NCBI GenBank assembly: GCA_027319565.1
Contig: DAHVNA010000039.1
Span: 1-16,000, forward strand
Reading direction: 5' to 3'
Source of the DNA: Elusimicrobiota bacterium
GTDB taxonomy: Bacteria; Elusimicrobiota; Elusimicrobia; UBA1565; UBA9628
Length of the DNA stretch: 16,000 nucleotides
The translations under genes were made by a program, and so were the position numbers. This document shows, in pieces, positions 7,385 to 14,492 of this stretch (position 1 is its first letter; every line of letters starts with the position of its first letter). The notes below the pieces were generated by a model. It did not search any database. It saw nothing but the letters and a program-made list of their open reading frames with translations, and had not been told where the DNA came from.

Positions 7385-7409
7385 AAATGTGCTATTTCAA
7401 TGCACGTTT
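7385..7409. promoter_or_regulatory. Palindromic operator 2 (putative AbiEi site)
   Basis: AAATGTGC-N9-GCACGTTT (7/8 inverted repeat). Shares AATGTGCT-N4-CAATGCAC with operator 1, 73 bp away. Confidence 0.7.
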
Positions 7410-7670
7410 CAGCTATAAAACATTATTCTCAATAACCCGTTATAGCGGCCTTTCTGTTCCCTGAATTCCAACACTCAATTCAATGGTGGCGATCACAAAA
7501 ACGATCACTGCCCCATCGTCACCTATCGAGAGACTTGGCAAATTATTGTTGTAAAATAAGGGATAAGTCTCCTGCCTTCTAAGCGCACCTAAAATTTTTA
7601 GTTCTTTTTTGCTCTCATTATTTGTTTTTGTTCCTTATTAGGTTGGCATCTTGGTTCTTTTTAGGCGACT

Positions 7671-7988
7671 TTATCCGTTGTTGTGCGCGGCTTTGAACAG
7701 ACCTTTTAGATTCATTAGTGAAACTCGAATAGTCCGAGTTTTGATTTCACCTGCGGCTTGCCGCAAGTCCAGGCTTTTTCGCAAGTCTTGGAAGTCCTCA
7801 ACCTTAAAATCACTAAGACTTTGGAGCGCTCGCTCTGGATGGGCTTTAACGACCTCGCGACAAAGCGCCGCAAAAGCGTTGCGATAACCGTCTGCCGTCC
7901 CTGGGCTTAAGGGTTCGCCGCTCCGCTGGTTGCGATAGGCGGCGATCACTCGCTCAAGTTGATCTAAAAGGCGCTCTTGCGTTTTCAT
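7671..7988 (-). pseudogene. Tyrosine recombinase/integrase N-terminal core-binding (SAM-like) domain only; truncated remnant or stand-alone small protein
   Basis: GGAGG SD before ATG 7988; 105 aa. LSPGTADGYRNAF, LSDFKVEDFQDLRKSL and KTRTIRVSLMNLKGLFKAAHNNG match the core-binding-domain pattern. The stop falls at the domain end and no recognisable catalytic domain follows. Confidence 0.65.
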
Positions 7989-8097
7989 AGCGCCTCCGAT
8001 GTCAAAAACGCACACAAAAGCGCACACTTAAAACCAATGATTTTTTGGAAAATGAATTTTCCCAATCCTCGAAGAAATCCATTTTCAGAGGGAAAAA

Positions 8098-8106
8098 TGT
8101 TAAGAT
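8098..8106 (+). promoter_or_regulatory. Extended -10 promoter of tRNA-Glu
   Basis: TGTTAAGAT ends 10 nt before the mature tRNA 5' end; no good -35 box. Confidence 0.55.
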
Positions 8107-8116
8107 AAACTTCAAC

Positions 8117-8193
8117 GGCGCGTTCGTCTAGCGGCCCAGGACGCTGCCCTCTCAAGGCAGAGACCACGGGTTCAAATCCCGTACGCGCCACCA
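8117..8193 (+). tRNA. tRNA-Glu (anticodon CTC)
   Basis: Acceptor stem GGCGCGT/ACGCGCC, D arm GTCTAGCGGCCCAGGAC, anticodon stem CTGCC/GGCAG with loop CTCTCAA (CTC at 8151-8153), T arm ACGGG-TTCAAAT-CCCGT, and encoded ACCA end. Confidence 0.97.
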
Positions 8194-8213
8194 AATTTAA
8201 TAAAAGCCAAAAT

Positions 8214-10535
8214 ATGCCGCGGCGACATTTTTATTTTCTCTTTCTCCTGATTTTTGTGTCCATCGTCGCGGGTTCCTGGACCCTTCGCCGTCTTTTAATG
8301 GGGCTCCCTGACATTCGCGCTCTTGAAAATTATACCCCCCCGCTGACGACCAAAATTTTTGACGTCAACGGAAAAACCATCGCGAACCTCTCCATTCAAA
8401 GGCGGACCCTTTTGACCCTCAACAAAATTCCGGTGGATATTCAAAACGCGGTGATCGCGGTCGAAGACGACCAATTCTTTCATCACTGGGGAATTTCGCC
8501 AAAGGGGATCATCCGCTCGGCTCTCATCGATTTTTTGCACGCAAGAATCGTTCAAGGGGCCTCCACCATCACCCAGCAATTGGCCAAGCAGGTCTTTTTA
8601 ACTCCGCAGCGAACGATTGCCCGCAAAATACGAGAAGTTCTGCTGGCGATTCAAATCGAACGCAATTTCTCGAAAGAAGAGATCCTTCAACTTTATTTAA
8701 ATCAAGTTTACTTCGGGGAGGGCGCTTACGGAGTCCAATCGGCGGCCAAAATTTATTTCGGAAAAGACGTTTCCCAGCTGACCCTTCCCGACTGCGCACT
8801 TTTAGCGGGGCTGGTCCGCTCGCCGCGATGGAATTCCCCCTTTCGCCACCCCAATCGCTCCCGAAAGCGGCGCGCGGTCGTTTTGCAGAGAATGTTCGAA
8901 CAGGGGATGATCACGGAAAAAGAAAAAGAAGACGCCAATAACGCCCCCATTCCCACCAGCCGACCGGTCGGGCCGGGAACCATGGCTCCTTTTTTTGTCG
9001 AGCATATCCGGCAGCGTTTGGAACAGGAATACGGCACCAACGCCGTCTGGAGAGGCGGGCTTAAGGTTTATACGACTCTCAATTTAGACATGCAGCAAAT
9101 CGCCGAGCAAGCGATGGAAAAGCATCTCGCCACCTTTGACGAAGCCGCGGCAAAAAGGCGCGAACAAAAAGACGCGGAACTGGCCAAACAGGGAATCGCC
9201 GCTTCCACCGCGACCTTAGGCCCCATCCAAGGCGCTTATATTTTACTCGACGTTAAAACCGGGGCCGTAAGGGCGATGATCGGCGGACGCGGAAATTCCG
9301 TTTTTAACCGCGCCACTCAAGCCCGCCGACAGCCGGGTTCAACTTTTAAGCCCTTTGTCTGGGCCGCGGCCCTAAACTCGGGGATGACCGCCAGCACTCT
9401 TATCAACGACAGCCCCGTCGCCTATTACTACGACGGCCGGGATTGGCGGCTTCTTGAAGGGGCCACCGATCAATACTCGATTAACCTGGCCACCCAGCCT
9501 TTCGCGAGCTCCCCGGATTTTAAAATCTGGGTTCCCAACGATTTTGACAGCAAATTTTTCGGAATCATTACCTTAAGGCGCGCGCTGGAGGAATCTCGAA
9601 ACGTCGTTTCAATAAAACTGATCATGCAAATCGGCGCGCCCTTGGTCGTCAGCTTGGCCCACCGCGCGGGCATCTATTCGCATTTGGATTCGGTCCCGTC
9701 CCTGGGCCTGGGATCTTCAGTCGTCAGCCCTCTTGAAATGGCCAACGCCTTTGGAACCTTCGCCAATGGCGGCATTCATGTCGTTCCCTACACAATCGAA
9801 AAAGTGGAAGACAGAAACGGGCGAGTTCTTGAAGAGCATGTGCCTATCGAAAAATCCGCCATGTCTCCGCAATTGGCCTATCTCATCACCTATCTGCTTG
9901 AAGGCGTCGTCCAGCACGGAACCGGAAGATACGCCCGCAGAATCGGCCGCGCGGTGGCCGGAAAAACGGGAACGACCAACGACAATAAAGATTTGTGGTT
10001 TGTCGGATTTACCCCGAACCTGGTCGCGGCAGCCTGGATGGGATATGACGATTTCACTTCTCTTGGACGACCCTCCGATATCACCGGAGGCTCGACGGTC
10101 GTTCCCTGGTGGACGGAAATTATGTCTCAAATTCTCAAGGGAACGCCCAAAGAAGATTTTACCCCGCCGGATAAAATTGTCTTTCGCCCCATCGACAAGG
10201 TCAGCGGATTTTTGGCTCTGCCCAGTTGCCCGCGCGGAAACGTTTTTTTAGAAGCTTATTTACAAAACATGGAGCCCCGAACCTATTGCCCCCTTGATCA
10301 CTCGCAACCCTTGGGCCCTCAGCTTGAAGTTCTCTTTAAAACCCAGAAAAAAGCCGAGGCGGAAAGCGCCGGAGAAAACATTCCTATTTCTTCAACCGCC
10401 TCATCCCCAGGGGCCTTGCCCCAAGCCTTACCCGCCGCGACTCCCGCCATCTCATCGCCGACGCAAAATCAAAACCCTAATTCGGATTTAGAAAACGAAA
10501 ACAACGATAATTCCGCGCCTTTTATTTTGCAGTAA
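8214..10535 (+). CDS. mrcA: Class A penicillin-binding protein 1A (transglycosylase/transpeptidase)
   Basis: N-terminal TM anchor; GT51 motifs EDDQFFHHWG, GASTITQQLAK, RKIRE, KEEILQLYLN; transpeptidase motifs STFK (SxxK), SRN (SxN) and KTGT; low-complexity C-terminal tail. Confidence 0.96.
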   Translation: MPRRHFYFLFLLIFVSIVAGSWTLRRLLMGLPDIRALENYTPPLTTKIFDVNGKTIANLSIQRRTLLTLNKIPVDIQNAVIAVEDDQFFHHWGISPKGIIRSALIDFLHARIVQGASTITQQLAKQVFLTPQRTIARKIREVLLAIQIERNFSKEEILQLYLNQVYFGEGAYGVQSAAKIYFGKDVSQLTLPDCALLAGLVRSPRWNSPFRHPNRSRKRRAVVLQRMFEQGMITEKEKEDANNAPIPTSRPVGPGTMAPFFVEHIRQRLEQEYGTNAVWRGGLKVYTTLNLDMQQIAEQAMEKHLATFDEAAAKRREQKDAELAKQGIAASTATLGPIQGAYILLDVKTGAVRAMIGGRGNSVFNRATQARRQPGSTFKPFVWAAALNSGMTASTLINDSPVAYYYDGRDWRLLEGATDQYSINLATQPFASSPDFKIWVPNDFDSKFFGIITLRRALEESRNVVSIKLIMQIGAPLVVSLAHRAGIYSHLDSVPSLGLGSSVVSPLEMANAFGTFANGGIHVVPYTIEKVEDRNGRVLEEHVPIEKSAMSPQLAYLITYLLEGVVQHGTGRYARRIGRAVAGKTGTTNDNKDLWFVGFTPNLVAAAWMGYDDFTSLGRPSDITGGSTVVPWWTEIMSQILKGTPKEDFTPPDKIVFRPIDKVSGFLALPSCPRGNVFLEAYLQNMEPRTYCPLDHSQPLGPQLEVLFKTQKKAEAESAGENIPISSTASSPGALPQALPAATPAISSPTQNQNPNSDLENENNDNSAPFILQ

Positions 10536-10544
10536 ACTTTGGGC

Positions 10545-11903
10545 CTAGGCCACCATCAAAGACTGAACTCGGAAAGTCGGAGAGCCCGTGCTTCCAAAGA
10601 AAGTTAAATCCGAGCCGATTCCGTCGATTCCCCTGAGGATATCAAGGATGTTTCCGGAAATCATCGCATTTTTGACGGGATGGGTCACGCGCCCGCGCTC
10701 AACGGCCAAGCCCGAGGCCCCCACCGAAAATTCTCCGGAGATAGGATCGGCCATATGCATTCCCATCACCTCCATTAAAACGATTCCGCGAGAGGTTTGA
10801 GAAATCATTTCCTCGTAGGAAAGGCCGCCCGGCTTCAAATAGAAATTAGAAGAAGACGGGCTGGGAAGCCCCTTAAAAGAACCGCGAGAAGCGCTTCCGT
10901 TGGAAGCGCGCCCTTCTTTTTGGGCGGTATAAAAATCATAAAAGTATTCTCTTAAGACTCCGCCGTCGATCATCGTTTTAGGAGCGGTCGGAAGGCCTTC
11001 GTCGTCATAAAGAGAACTTCCAAGCCCGGCCTCCATCCAGGGATCATCCATCAACGACACCGACTGCGCGGCAACCTTTTCTCCCAATTTCCCGGCCAAA
11101 AGCGATTTCCCTCGCTGAATCTGATCCGCGCACAGAAGGTCGGAAACGATTTCAAGAAATTCAACCGCGACCATGGGCGGGAAAATAACCGAACGATGGG
11201 ACGAGGATATTTTTTTCGATCCCAGAAGGCAAACGCCTCTCTCGGCCGCTTCTTGTCCAATTTTTTGAAAATCCAAGGCCTCTTTGCGGCGGGAAGACTG
11301 AAAAGCGGAGCCCACCTGAACTTCGGAAGAGTCCTTGGCCATCACGGAAACCCCCGCGCTGACCGAGGTTCCCGCTTCATAGACCGAAACCCCCAAGGTA
11401 TTTTCAATCGCCACTTCGGACTCCATCTCTCCGTATCCCGCGCGCAAAGCGGAAACAACGCGCGGAACTTTAAGAGCCGTTTGCTGCATAATCTCAAGTC
11501 GGGGAAATAAAATCTCCCAGTCTTCCCCGAAAAGAGAGCGGTCCTTGAGGGTTTTAACCCATGCCCCATTTTCCTTGGCGATGACGGGCTTGGGAAAACC
11601 CTTATGAGCGTCTTGTTCCAGATACGGGGTATGCGCCAAGGCCATGGCATACAATTCCTTGATTCTGTCAATTGAAATCTTAGATGCCGAGGCAAAACCG
11701 ATTCGCCCTTCCTTAAAAACCCTGAGCCCGACTCCTTCCGAAGAATCGTATTGGATTCCGTTGAGCTTGCCTTCCCTAAACTCAGCTCCTCTTTCCTTGG
11801 CCCGCGAGAGATAAATTTCGACCTCAACGCCTTTCGGGCGATTTTTTTGAATCCAATCAAGGCCTTCGCGCGCGACATCTTTTAAAGATTCATTTAGTTC
11901 CAT
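10545..11903 (-). CDS. pmbA: TldD/PmbA family protein, PmbA (TldE)-like
   Basis: EGVGLRVF..GRIGFAS, ADQIQRGKSLLAGKLGEKVA, DDP...GLGSSLYDDEG, SGEFSVGASG and ISGNILDIL. No HExxH motif, which fits PmbA rather than TldD. Confidence 0.9.
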   Translation of the reverse strand: MELNESLKDVAREGLDWIQKNRPKGVEVEIYLSRAKERGAEFREGKLNGIQYDSSEGVGLRVFKEGRIGFASASKISIDRIKELYAMALAHTPYLEQDAHKGFPKPVIAKENGAWVKTLKDRSLFGEDWEILFPRLEIMQQTALKVPRVVSALRAGYGEMESEVAIENTLGVSVYEAGTSVSAGVSVMAKDSSEVQVGSAFQSSRRKEALDFQKIGQEAAERGVCLLGSKKISSSHRSVIFPPMVAVEFLEIVSDLLCADQIQRGKSLLAGKLGEKVAAQSVSLMDDPWMEAGLGSSLYDDEGLPTAPKTMIDGGVLREYFYDFYTAQKEGRASNGSASRGSFKGLPSPSSSNFYLKPGGLSYEEMISQTSRGIVLMEVMGMHMADPISGEFSVGASGLAVERGRVTHPVKNAMISGNILDILRGIDGIGSDLTFFGSTGSPTFRVQSLMVA

Positions 11904-11904
11904 A

Positions 11905-12114
11905 TTAGCCTCCCCAACTCACATAGAGAAAAAGCAGAGAAAGGAGCAGGAAAAAAACGCCCCATTTTTTGCGTTCGAGATTGAAATAGGCGTCGTTAAA
12001 GACGGTCTCGCGAAAAAAAGAATTGATCCGGCTGATGATATCGGGCCGATAAAGATAACCCAAACCCAAGCCCAAGAAAATGAGGCCAAGAACGAACTCA
12101 GACAAGGATTTCAT
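11905..12114 (-). CDS. Small two-TM membrane protein of unknown function (69 aa)
   Basis: ATG at 12114 lies 1 nt past the pth stop and its stop lies 1 nt before the pmbA start. Two hydrophobic segments (FVLGLIFLGLGLGYLY; WGVFFLLLSLLFLYVSW). Tight packing supports this shorter start over 12204. Confidence 0.75.
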   Translation of the reverse strand: MKSLSEFVLGLIFLGLGLGYLYRPDIISRINSFFRETVFNDAYFNLERKKWGVFFLLLSLLFLYVSWGG

Positions 12115-12115
12115 A

Positions 12116-12682
12116 TCAATCGCTTCGCGCGTTATAACGGGACATCGCCCGGGCAATATCCCTTTCTTTAACCGCCAAAAGAACGGCTTCTTTTGCCGCG
12201 GCAATCATCCGTTCCAAGAGAGAACGTTCTTCTTTCGTAAAAGTTCCCAAGACAAAGGATGCCCCGTCAATCATCGGGGGTCGCGGGCCGATTCCCAATC
12301 TCAATCTCGGAATTTTATCGGTTTTGAGTTCCTCGGCAATCGAGCGCATCCCATTATGCCCTCCCGAGGAACCTTCTTCCCGAATCCGAATTTGCCCCAG
12401 GGGAATGGACATGTCGTCAAAACAAACCAAGAATTCGGAAGGCGGGATTTTATAAAAGCGCGAGAGAGCCGCGGCAAAACGCCCGGACTCATTCATATAG
12501 GTCAGAGGCTTGGCCAAAATAAAGTCGGGCATCACCAAATAGTCGCCAAGCTCGCCGGGCCATGATTTCCAAGAAGCGCCTTCAGACAAGGCATCCACCA
12601 GCATAAAGCCGGCATTATGACGAGTCTGGGCATAGCGCGCGCCGGGATTTCCAAGGCCCACGATGACGCGCACGCCAGGCAA
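12116..12682 (-). CDS. pth: Peptidyl-tRNA hydrolase
   Basis: IVGLGNPG..YAQTRHNAGF, KPLTYMNESG, GSSGGHNGMRSI and RLRLGIG. Start is TTG 12682 or GTG 12673. Confidence 0.97.
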   Translation of the reverse strand: MPGVRVIVGLGNPGARYAQTRHNAGFMLVDALSEGASWKSWPGELGDYLVMPDFILAKPLTYMNESGRFAAALSRFYKIPPSEFLVCFDDMSIPLGQIRIREEGSSGGHNGMRSIAEELKTDKIPRLRLGIGPRPPMIDGASFVLGTFTKEERSLLERMIAAAKEAVLLAVKERDIARAMSRYNARSD

Positions 12683-12691
12683 ATCTTTTCT

Positions 12692-13453
12692 CTACTTCTT
12701 GGGGGCTTCTTTACCCTTTTCAGGTCCCTTAGCCGCCGCGGCCTTGGCATCGCCGCCAGCAGCGGGGGCCTTGGTTTCCTTCGCCAGTTTGCCTTCTTCG
12801 TCTTTCTTGCCCTTCGTCGAGCTGCTTTCGGGCTCGGCAGCCGCAGCGCCGGCGGCCGCGGCCTCAACCGCGACGGGAGCCGCCGCCACTTCTTCTTTGA
12901 AGGTCGAAACGTGCACCACGCGATGTTCGGCAGAATCAAGAACCTCGACATCGGAGGGAACCTTTAAGTCTTTGACCGATAAATGCTGGTTGATTTCCAA
13001 GGAAGACACGTCCACCTCGATAGAGGCAGGGATATGGGTGGGAAGAGCCCGAATGGACAAGAAGCGAAGTTCGTGCTGAAGGATTCCGCCCGAGTTTTTA
13101 ACTCCGGAAGCCTCTCCAATGATATGAAGAGGAACCTTCGCCTCGATTTTTCTGGTCAGAGAAATTCTCTGAAAATCCGCGTGGATGGGGCGCTCGCTGA
13201 CCGGATGGCGCTGCAAGTCTTTTAAGATCACGGTCTCCGTTCCATTGCCCTCGATTTTTAAATGGATGACGGCGTTTAAACCGCCTTTTTTGCGCATCGC
13301 CAACAAATTCCGCTCATCCAGCGAAACTGAAAAGGGCGGTTTTCCCTCTCCATAAATAACCGCGGGGATATTAAAACTCCCGCGCAAACCCGAAAGCTGT
13401 TTCTTCGATGATTTCCCGTCTCGTTTAATTGCGGCTAATTCCAATTCTTCCAT
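12692..13453 (-). CDS. rplY: 50S ribosomal protein bL25 / general stress protein Ctc (long form)
   Basis: IPAVIYG, LKDLQRHPV..PIHADF, GEASGVKNSGGIL and IPASIEVDVSSLEI; Ala/Glu/Lys-rich tail; sits between prs and pth. Confidence 0.96.
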   Translation of the reverse strand: MEELELAAIKRDGKSSKKQLSGLRGSFNIPAVIYGEGKPPFSVSLDERNLLAMRKKGGLNAVIHLKIEGNGTETVILKDLQRHPVSERPIHADFQRISLTRKIEAKVPLHIIGEASGVKNSGGILQHELRFLSIRALPTHIPASIEVDVSSLEINQHLSVKDLKVPSDVEVLDSAEHRVVHVSTFKEEVAAAPVAVEAAAAGAAAAEPESSSTKGKKDEEGKLAKETKAPAAGGDAKAAAAKGPEKGKEAPKK

Positions 13454-13475
13454 TTTTATCCCCTCTGTCCTATTA

Positions 13476-14483
13476 TTATATAAAAAGAGCGCTAATAGAT
13501 TCCCCTTTATAATTTCTCGCGATCGCTTCTCCCATCAGTGGGGCAATCGACAAAATCTTGATTTTATCCGTCGCCTCCCCCGTAAAAGGGATTGAATCGG
13601 TGAGAATCAACTCCTCAAGCATGGACCGTCTAATGAGTTCCGAAGCCTGTCCGGACAAGACCCCGTGAATGCAGGCGGCATAGACTTTGAGAGCCCCCTC
13701 GGATTTAAGCCTCTCGGCCACCTTGACCAAGGTGCCGCCGGTATCGATCATGTCATCTAAAATAATCGCGTTCTTTTTATTGATGTCGCCGATAATGTTG
13801 TACACCGAGGCTTCGTTCGGGCGCGGACGCCTTTTGTCGACAATCACCAGCTGGGCTGGAAGCCTTTTAGCGAAAGCGCGCGCGCGCTCAACCCCGCCGA
13901 CATCCGGACTGACGACGACCAGATTTTTTAGATTTTTCTTGGCGATATAATCAAGGATGATGGGCGCGGCAAAGAGATGATCGACGGGAATATCGAAAAA
14001 GCCCTGAATTTGGGCCGCATGAAGATCCATCGTGATGACGCGGTTGGCGCCCGCGGTCGTAATCAGATTGGCCACTAATTTCGAGGAAATAGGAACCCGG
14101 GGCGAGGTTTTTCTGTCGGCGCGGGCGTATCCGAAATAAGGAACGACCGCGGTAATTCTGCCGGCGGAAGCGCGCCTTAAAGCGTCGATCATAATCAACA
14201 GCTCGAGCAAATTCTCGTTGACCGGGCGGCAGGTGGGCTGAATGAGATAGCAATCCACCCCGCGGACATTTTCGTTGATTTGAACGTTGATCTCGCCGTC
14301 GGCAAAACGCGAGACGGAAGCGTTTCCGCAGGAAATGCCTAAATAGCGGCAGATGGCCTCGGCCAGCGGGCGATTGGAGTTTCCGGAAAAAACCTTAAGC
14401 CCCACGAAGGTCCTAGACGGCCCCAGGCGATGATTGTGGTATTGTTTTTTGTTGAGCGGAATATCCACCGTTAGTTTAGGCAT
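13476..14483 (-). CDS. prs: Ribose-phosphate pyrophosphokinase
   Basis: [52 protein letters not shown] and DDMIDTGGT. An alternative start GTG at 14405 (AGGA 5 nt upstream) would remove a ~26-aa N-terminal extension. Confidence 0.97.
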   Translation of the reverse strand: MPKLTVDIPLNKKQYHNHRLGPSRTFVGLKVFSGNSNRPLAEAICRYLGISCGNASVSRFADGEINVQINENVRGVDCYLIQPTCRPVNENLLELLIMIDALRRASAGRITAVVPYFGYARADRKTSPRVPISSKLVANLITTAGANRVITMDLHAAQIQGFFDIPVDHLFAAPIILDYIAKKNLKNLVVVSPDVGGVERARAFAKRLPAQLVIVDKRRPRPNEASVYNIIGDINKKNAIILDDMIDTGGTLVKVAERLKSEGALKVYAACIHGVLSGQASELIRRSMLEELILTDSIPFTGEATDKIKILSIAPLMGEAIARNYKGESISALFI

Positions 14484-14492
14484 GGGTTGACT

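Larger units (their letters stand above)
5618..8095. mobile_element. Degenerate accessory islet (AbiE TA system plus integrase remnant); boundaries approximate
   Basis: A TA module and an integrase-like fragment interrupt housekeeping synteny between fabD and a tRNA gene, with AT-rich non-coding stretches. No att direct repeat was found, so the ends are inferred. Confidence 0.5.

Noticed and set aside
7310..7409. Repeats considered as a mini-CRISPR or transposon ends
   Set aside because: Only two imperfect copies, no cas or transposase gene, and their position over the promoter explains them as operators.
7440..7620. Possible frameshifted small ORF starting at ATG 7618 (minus) and a weak hairpin at 7485-7523
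   Set aside because: The ORF stops after 6 codons and the frameshift-rescued peptide resembles nothing I recognise; the hairpin has a 9-bp imperfect stem with a long loop, consistent with chance.
7989..8027. Longer 118-aa version of the integrase-like ORF
   Set aside because: The GGAGG SD sits directly before ATG 7988, and the extension has no support.
5639..8193. Idea that the AbiEii toxin specifically targets the neighbouring tRNA-Glu
   Set aside because: No sequence evidence; proximity is more simply explained by tRNA loci being insertion hotspots.
7985..8194. 69-aa minus-strand ORF (MVARTGFEPVVSALRGQRP...)
   Set aside because: This is the antisense translation of tRNA-Glu, a typical spurious ORF.
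12115..12204. 99-aa version of the small membrane protein
   Set aside because: It would overlap pth by about 90 nt; ATG 12114 fits the operon packing.
12692..12900. GC-rich GCC/GCG repeats at the rplY 3' end
   Set aside because: They encode the ordinary Ala/Lys/Glu-rich tail of long-form bL25/Ctc.
14406..14483. Apparent N-terminal extension of Prs
   Set aside because: It may simply reflect start-codon choice, since GTG 14405 has a plausible SD; cannot be resolved here.
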